Origin: Lama guanicoe
Taxonomy: Eukaryota
NCBI GenBank assembly: GCA_013239625.1
Contig: MU054212.1
Location: forward strand, 8,641,084-8,705,083
Length of the DNA stretch: 64,000 nt
Direction of reading: 5' to 3'
Below are positions 60,821 through 64,000 of this stretch, in pieces. A program made the translations under genes and the position numbers. The notes under the pieces are model-generated. The model was not told the origin of the DNA. It saw nothing but the letters and a program-made list of their open reading frames with translations, and did no database searches. Each line of letters starts with the position of its first letter. Position 1 is the first letter of the stretch.

Positions 60821-61747
60821 AATTTTACATTTGGCAGAGCTAAGTCACAGACATGGTCCTTAGCTTTTTGTGGCGCTGTCATATCCCTAGCACTTAGCAC
60901 AGTGCTCACCAATAAATGTTTATTAAATATTTGATGGTGTGCCCACCTTCCTTTTCATTTGCATCACTTCATAGCTCACCTTTCCCTAAAAAAAAGTCAT
61001 GCTTGCTTTTTCACCGTAGCTTTACCTGAAAGCCCTTTACAAATAATGAGTGCCATTTCCAAATACAGATAGAATTTATAGTCATCTATGATGACCTTTT
61101 TCAAGCCTCTTTGAAATGTTTCTGGATGGTCCATGCATAGCTTAATAATTTCCAGGGCATTTAAGTCCTGTTCTGCTACTGTTGTTACCAGCCTTATCTT
61201 CATTTGTTTAGAGCTCCCTGAGAATGTGAGTTCTTTAAAGATAGCAACTCTTTTGCTTCTGTATTTTTATCTCCACAGCCTAGCATGGTGACAGTCAGTG
61301 AATGCTTTCTTGATTGCATAAAGGGGATAGGGCATGTCTATTGTCCTGTTACCTTGTACTGAGAAAACTACCTACAAAGCCCAGCTCACAAATCACAAAA
61401 TGAAAAATCACAGTGTAATTTGTTATTTTGTAATAAACATGTTTGTAAAATTGATGAGACATACAGATTTTATTTACTTGGTAGCAAGTAATGAATGTAG
61501 CAAAGAGTGGGGACCTACCTATTTGTTGCTAAAAGGAGTGAATGGATAGAATTACAGTTTTTGTAAAATAATTATATATTGTAATTAATGCTAATTTATC
61601 TTTTTGTAAATTATACTTTGAGTTTGCTTACTGAAAATGTGTATTTGCTCACATTAAGTAATTACTCTTTTGCATTTATAATATTGAGTTTGTGGTAGCA
61701 GAATATTCTGGTTTGCTGAATCATGAGTTCCATTTGTGTAATTGTAG

Positions 61748-61947
61748 ATGATAACAGCACTTTTGAAGAAACATGTCCATACTGCTTCCAGCTGCTGGTT
61801 CTGGATAACTCTAGAGTGCGCCTCAAACCCAAGGCCAAACTGACACCTAAAATACAGAAACTTCTTAATCGAGAAGCAAGAAATTATACACTCAGTTTTA
61901 AAGAAGCAAAAATTGTGAAAAAGTACAAAGACTCCAGAAGTGTATTG
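61748..61947 (+). CDS. C18orf21: C18orf21/RMP24 coding exon 3 (DDNSTFEETCPYCFQLLVLDNSRVRLKPK...KDSRSVL)
   Basis: ttgtag|AT acceptor, TTG|GTAAGA donor, 200 nt; carries the first CxxC (CPYC) of the zinc ribbon. Confidence 0.97.
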
Positions 61948-63427
61948 GTAAGATTTCAATTCCAGTATGTATAAATAAATGAGAATTTTCTTTCACTTAA
62001 GATAAAGTTAAGAATCAGCCTGAATATAACTCAAAGATTTGTAGTAGTACATTTAAATTGTCAAAATATATACATAATTCTTCTCTAATTATGACTGTTT
62101 CATCAAGAGTATAGCTTATTTTTTGTTTCTTGCAATTACCTGAAACCAAACAGCAGGGGCTCTCAATTGTTCACATCTTACTGTTGAGCACAATTATTTT
62201 ATCAGTTAATGGTACTTTTCTTCAAACAGCAGTGTGTATTAAGTACCCCATGGAGGGTTATGTCTTCAGTCACCCTCTTCCATGTCAGAGTATGTTTTTA
62301 AGTTTATGCTCAACAAAGGTAAGTACATCTTATGTTCATTCATCAAACATTTTTTGAGGCTGTATCTTATGCAAAACAGTGCAGTGTATTGGGGCTATAA
62401 AATGGAATAAAACAACTAAAATCAAATTATTTATGGTTTTTCCAATACACTTTATCTGCATGTTCTTTTTAACATTTGTCAAGTGTTTGAGTGCCTGCTT
62501 ACTACCAGGCACTGTGCTGGGCACACTGAACACTAAAACAGATTATGTGTGACCCAAGACTACAACTGGTAATAACTTAGATTGGAACTGCCATGTTTAG
62601 GAGTTCACCAGCACTGGATGGGTAAGTGCATTTTGCTCTGTCATAAAATTGACTGTTTATATAAAGCATGGAGCAACTTACACAGACCTCTGTAAATAAG
62701 ACCTTCCATTTGCATTTTTACCTGCTCATGATCTTCAGAGTACTTAGCTAAACTAGTTTGTATTAATTTTGTTGAGGCTTGGGCTGAGTCCTGGGCACTG
62801 AGTGAGATATGTAGAAGAAAGGCATTCAGCTGTAAAAATGGACCATGTCTTGAAAAATGAATCCTGAAAAAAGGAGTCAACCTGTATAGCTAAGGAGGTG
62901 AAGAAGTGTGAGAATGTGAGAATTCATTTGATTGGTTTTATAAATTACTTCAGACCTATTTTTACAGAATCACTAATCAGTTGTCTGAAGGAGTCAATTA
63001 AATTTTCAATGATACTTAGCCATGTTTTATTGGGAAAAGGCTTGGAGTTTGTCTACAAAAAAATATTAAATGTCTACTGCTATTACAAAGAGCATCCTTC
63101 CAAAATGGAGGAGGCTCATTCTCAGCCTCCTTCATTCCCTTTGAACAGAGTTTTACATTGAGAGAGTAGAGCTTTATCATCTTTACAAAGATGTTTTAAA
63201 TTATATACGGATGTTTAGCCATTAACTTTTTATTGAAGATTTTCTTTTAAATTTGTGTCTTTGTCTGATTCCTGTTGCAAGATTACAAGCTCCCCAAGGG
63301 CAGCCTTTGTTACTCAACCTTGTGACACCTGATGTAGTCCCTTATGTATAAGAATTTAATGAACATGCAGTGTATTTGAATGAATTATAAGATAAATCAG
63401 ACCTAATATTTCTTCTTTTAATGGCAG

Positions 63428-63627
63428 TTGGTTACTTGTAAAACATGCAACAGAACAGTTAAACATCATGGTAAAAGTAGAAGCTTTTTATCAGCATTGA
63501 AGAGCAATCCTACCACTCCAACGAGTAAACTCGGCCTGAACACCCCGGAGAGGATGACTCTAAGTTCTGCAAACCTGAAACATGATAGGTCTGGTTCCAA
63601 AGGGAAGAGCCCAGCGCTGACTTTCAG
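63428..63627 (+). CDS. C18orf21: C18orf21/RMP24 coding exon 4 (LVTCKTCNRTVKHHGKSRSF...SPALTFR); gene continues beyond the window
   Basis: tttcttcttttaatggcag|TTG acceptor, CAG|GTATCT donor, 200 nt; carries the second CxxC (CKTC). Confidence 0.96.
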
Positions 63628-64000
63628 GTATCTTAATTCATTAAGCTGTTTAAATTGCTAGAGTTAACTCTTCTGAGTTCTTCTAAGTTCTCTGTTTAAT
63701 ATACACTCCCTGACTTTGCCACCCAGCTCAGGGAGTTCTTCGGCGTGCTTTTCTGCTTCCAGCTTCTCCCTGGGCCTGTTCCCAGCTGCCTGTGCAAAAT
63801 ATCTACTCCCCCGTCCCCACATGTCCCCACAGTTAACTGCTCAAAATGCCCCATCCTCTTATGTTGCTTGTTTTGTAAGTGAACATGTCCTTCTAGACAT
63901 TCTGACCTGAGACGGTGAGTGCAGCTCACAGTTCCTGCTACCTTGGTCCTTGTCCAGTTAGTCGCCGGCTTCTGTGCATCCTACTTCCTTGGTGTCTGCA

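Noticed and set aside
61723..61747. ATG at 61723 (MSSICVIV) as the C18orf21 start
   Set aside because: Lies in intron 2 upstream of the AG acceptor at 61746-61747; the true start at 59349 splices in frame

Overview
Mammalian genomic DNA, very probably camelid (alpaca, llama or camel), judged from many copies of a Vic-1-like tRNA-derived SINE. It is syntenic to the human 18q12.2 interval MIR187 - C18orf21. Two genes are firmly supported. The first is the miR-187 hairpin on the minus strand (15252-15360), inside a CpG island. The second is the first four coding exons of C18orf21/RMP24 on the plus strand (ATG 59349; exons 59349-59425, 59511-59533, 61748-61947, 63428-63627; last exon outside the window), an Rpp21/Snm1-type zinc-ribbon protein recently identified as an RNase MRP-specific subunit. 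The rest is mostly interspersed repeats (L1, L2, MIR, CR1, MaLR/ERVL LTRs, a MER41-like solo LTR, MER44A, MER63, SINEs) plus a few repeat-free, motif-rich stretches. The most intriguing unexplained structure is an orphan CpG island (~50040-50750) carrying four GCTCACCTG motifs phased 33/32/33 bp apart. These read both as minus-strand 5' splice sites (CAG|GTGAGC) and as ZEB/SNAIL E-boxes, and they point toward miR-187, so the island is a candidate pri-miR-187 promoter. Repeat family names and human comparisons are from memory, not from database searches. Nearly all ORFs in the supplied track are spurious.
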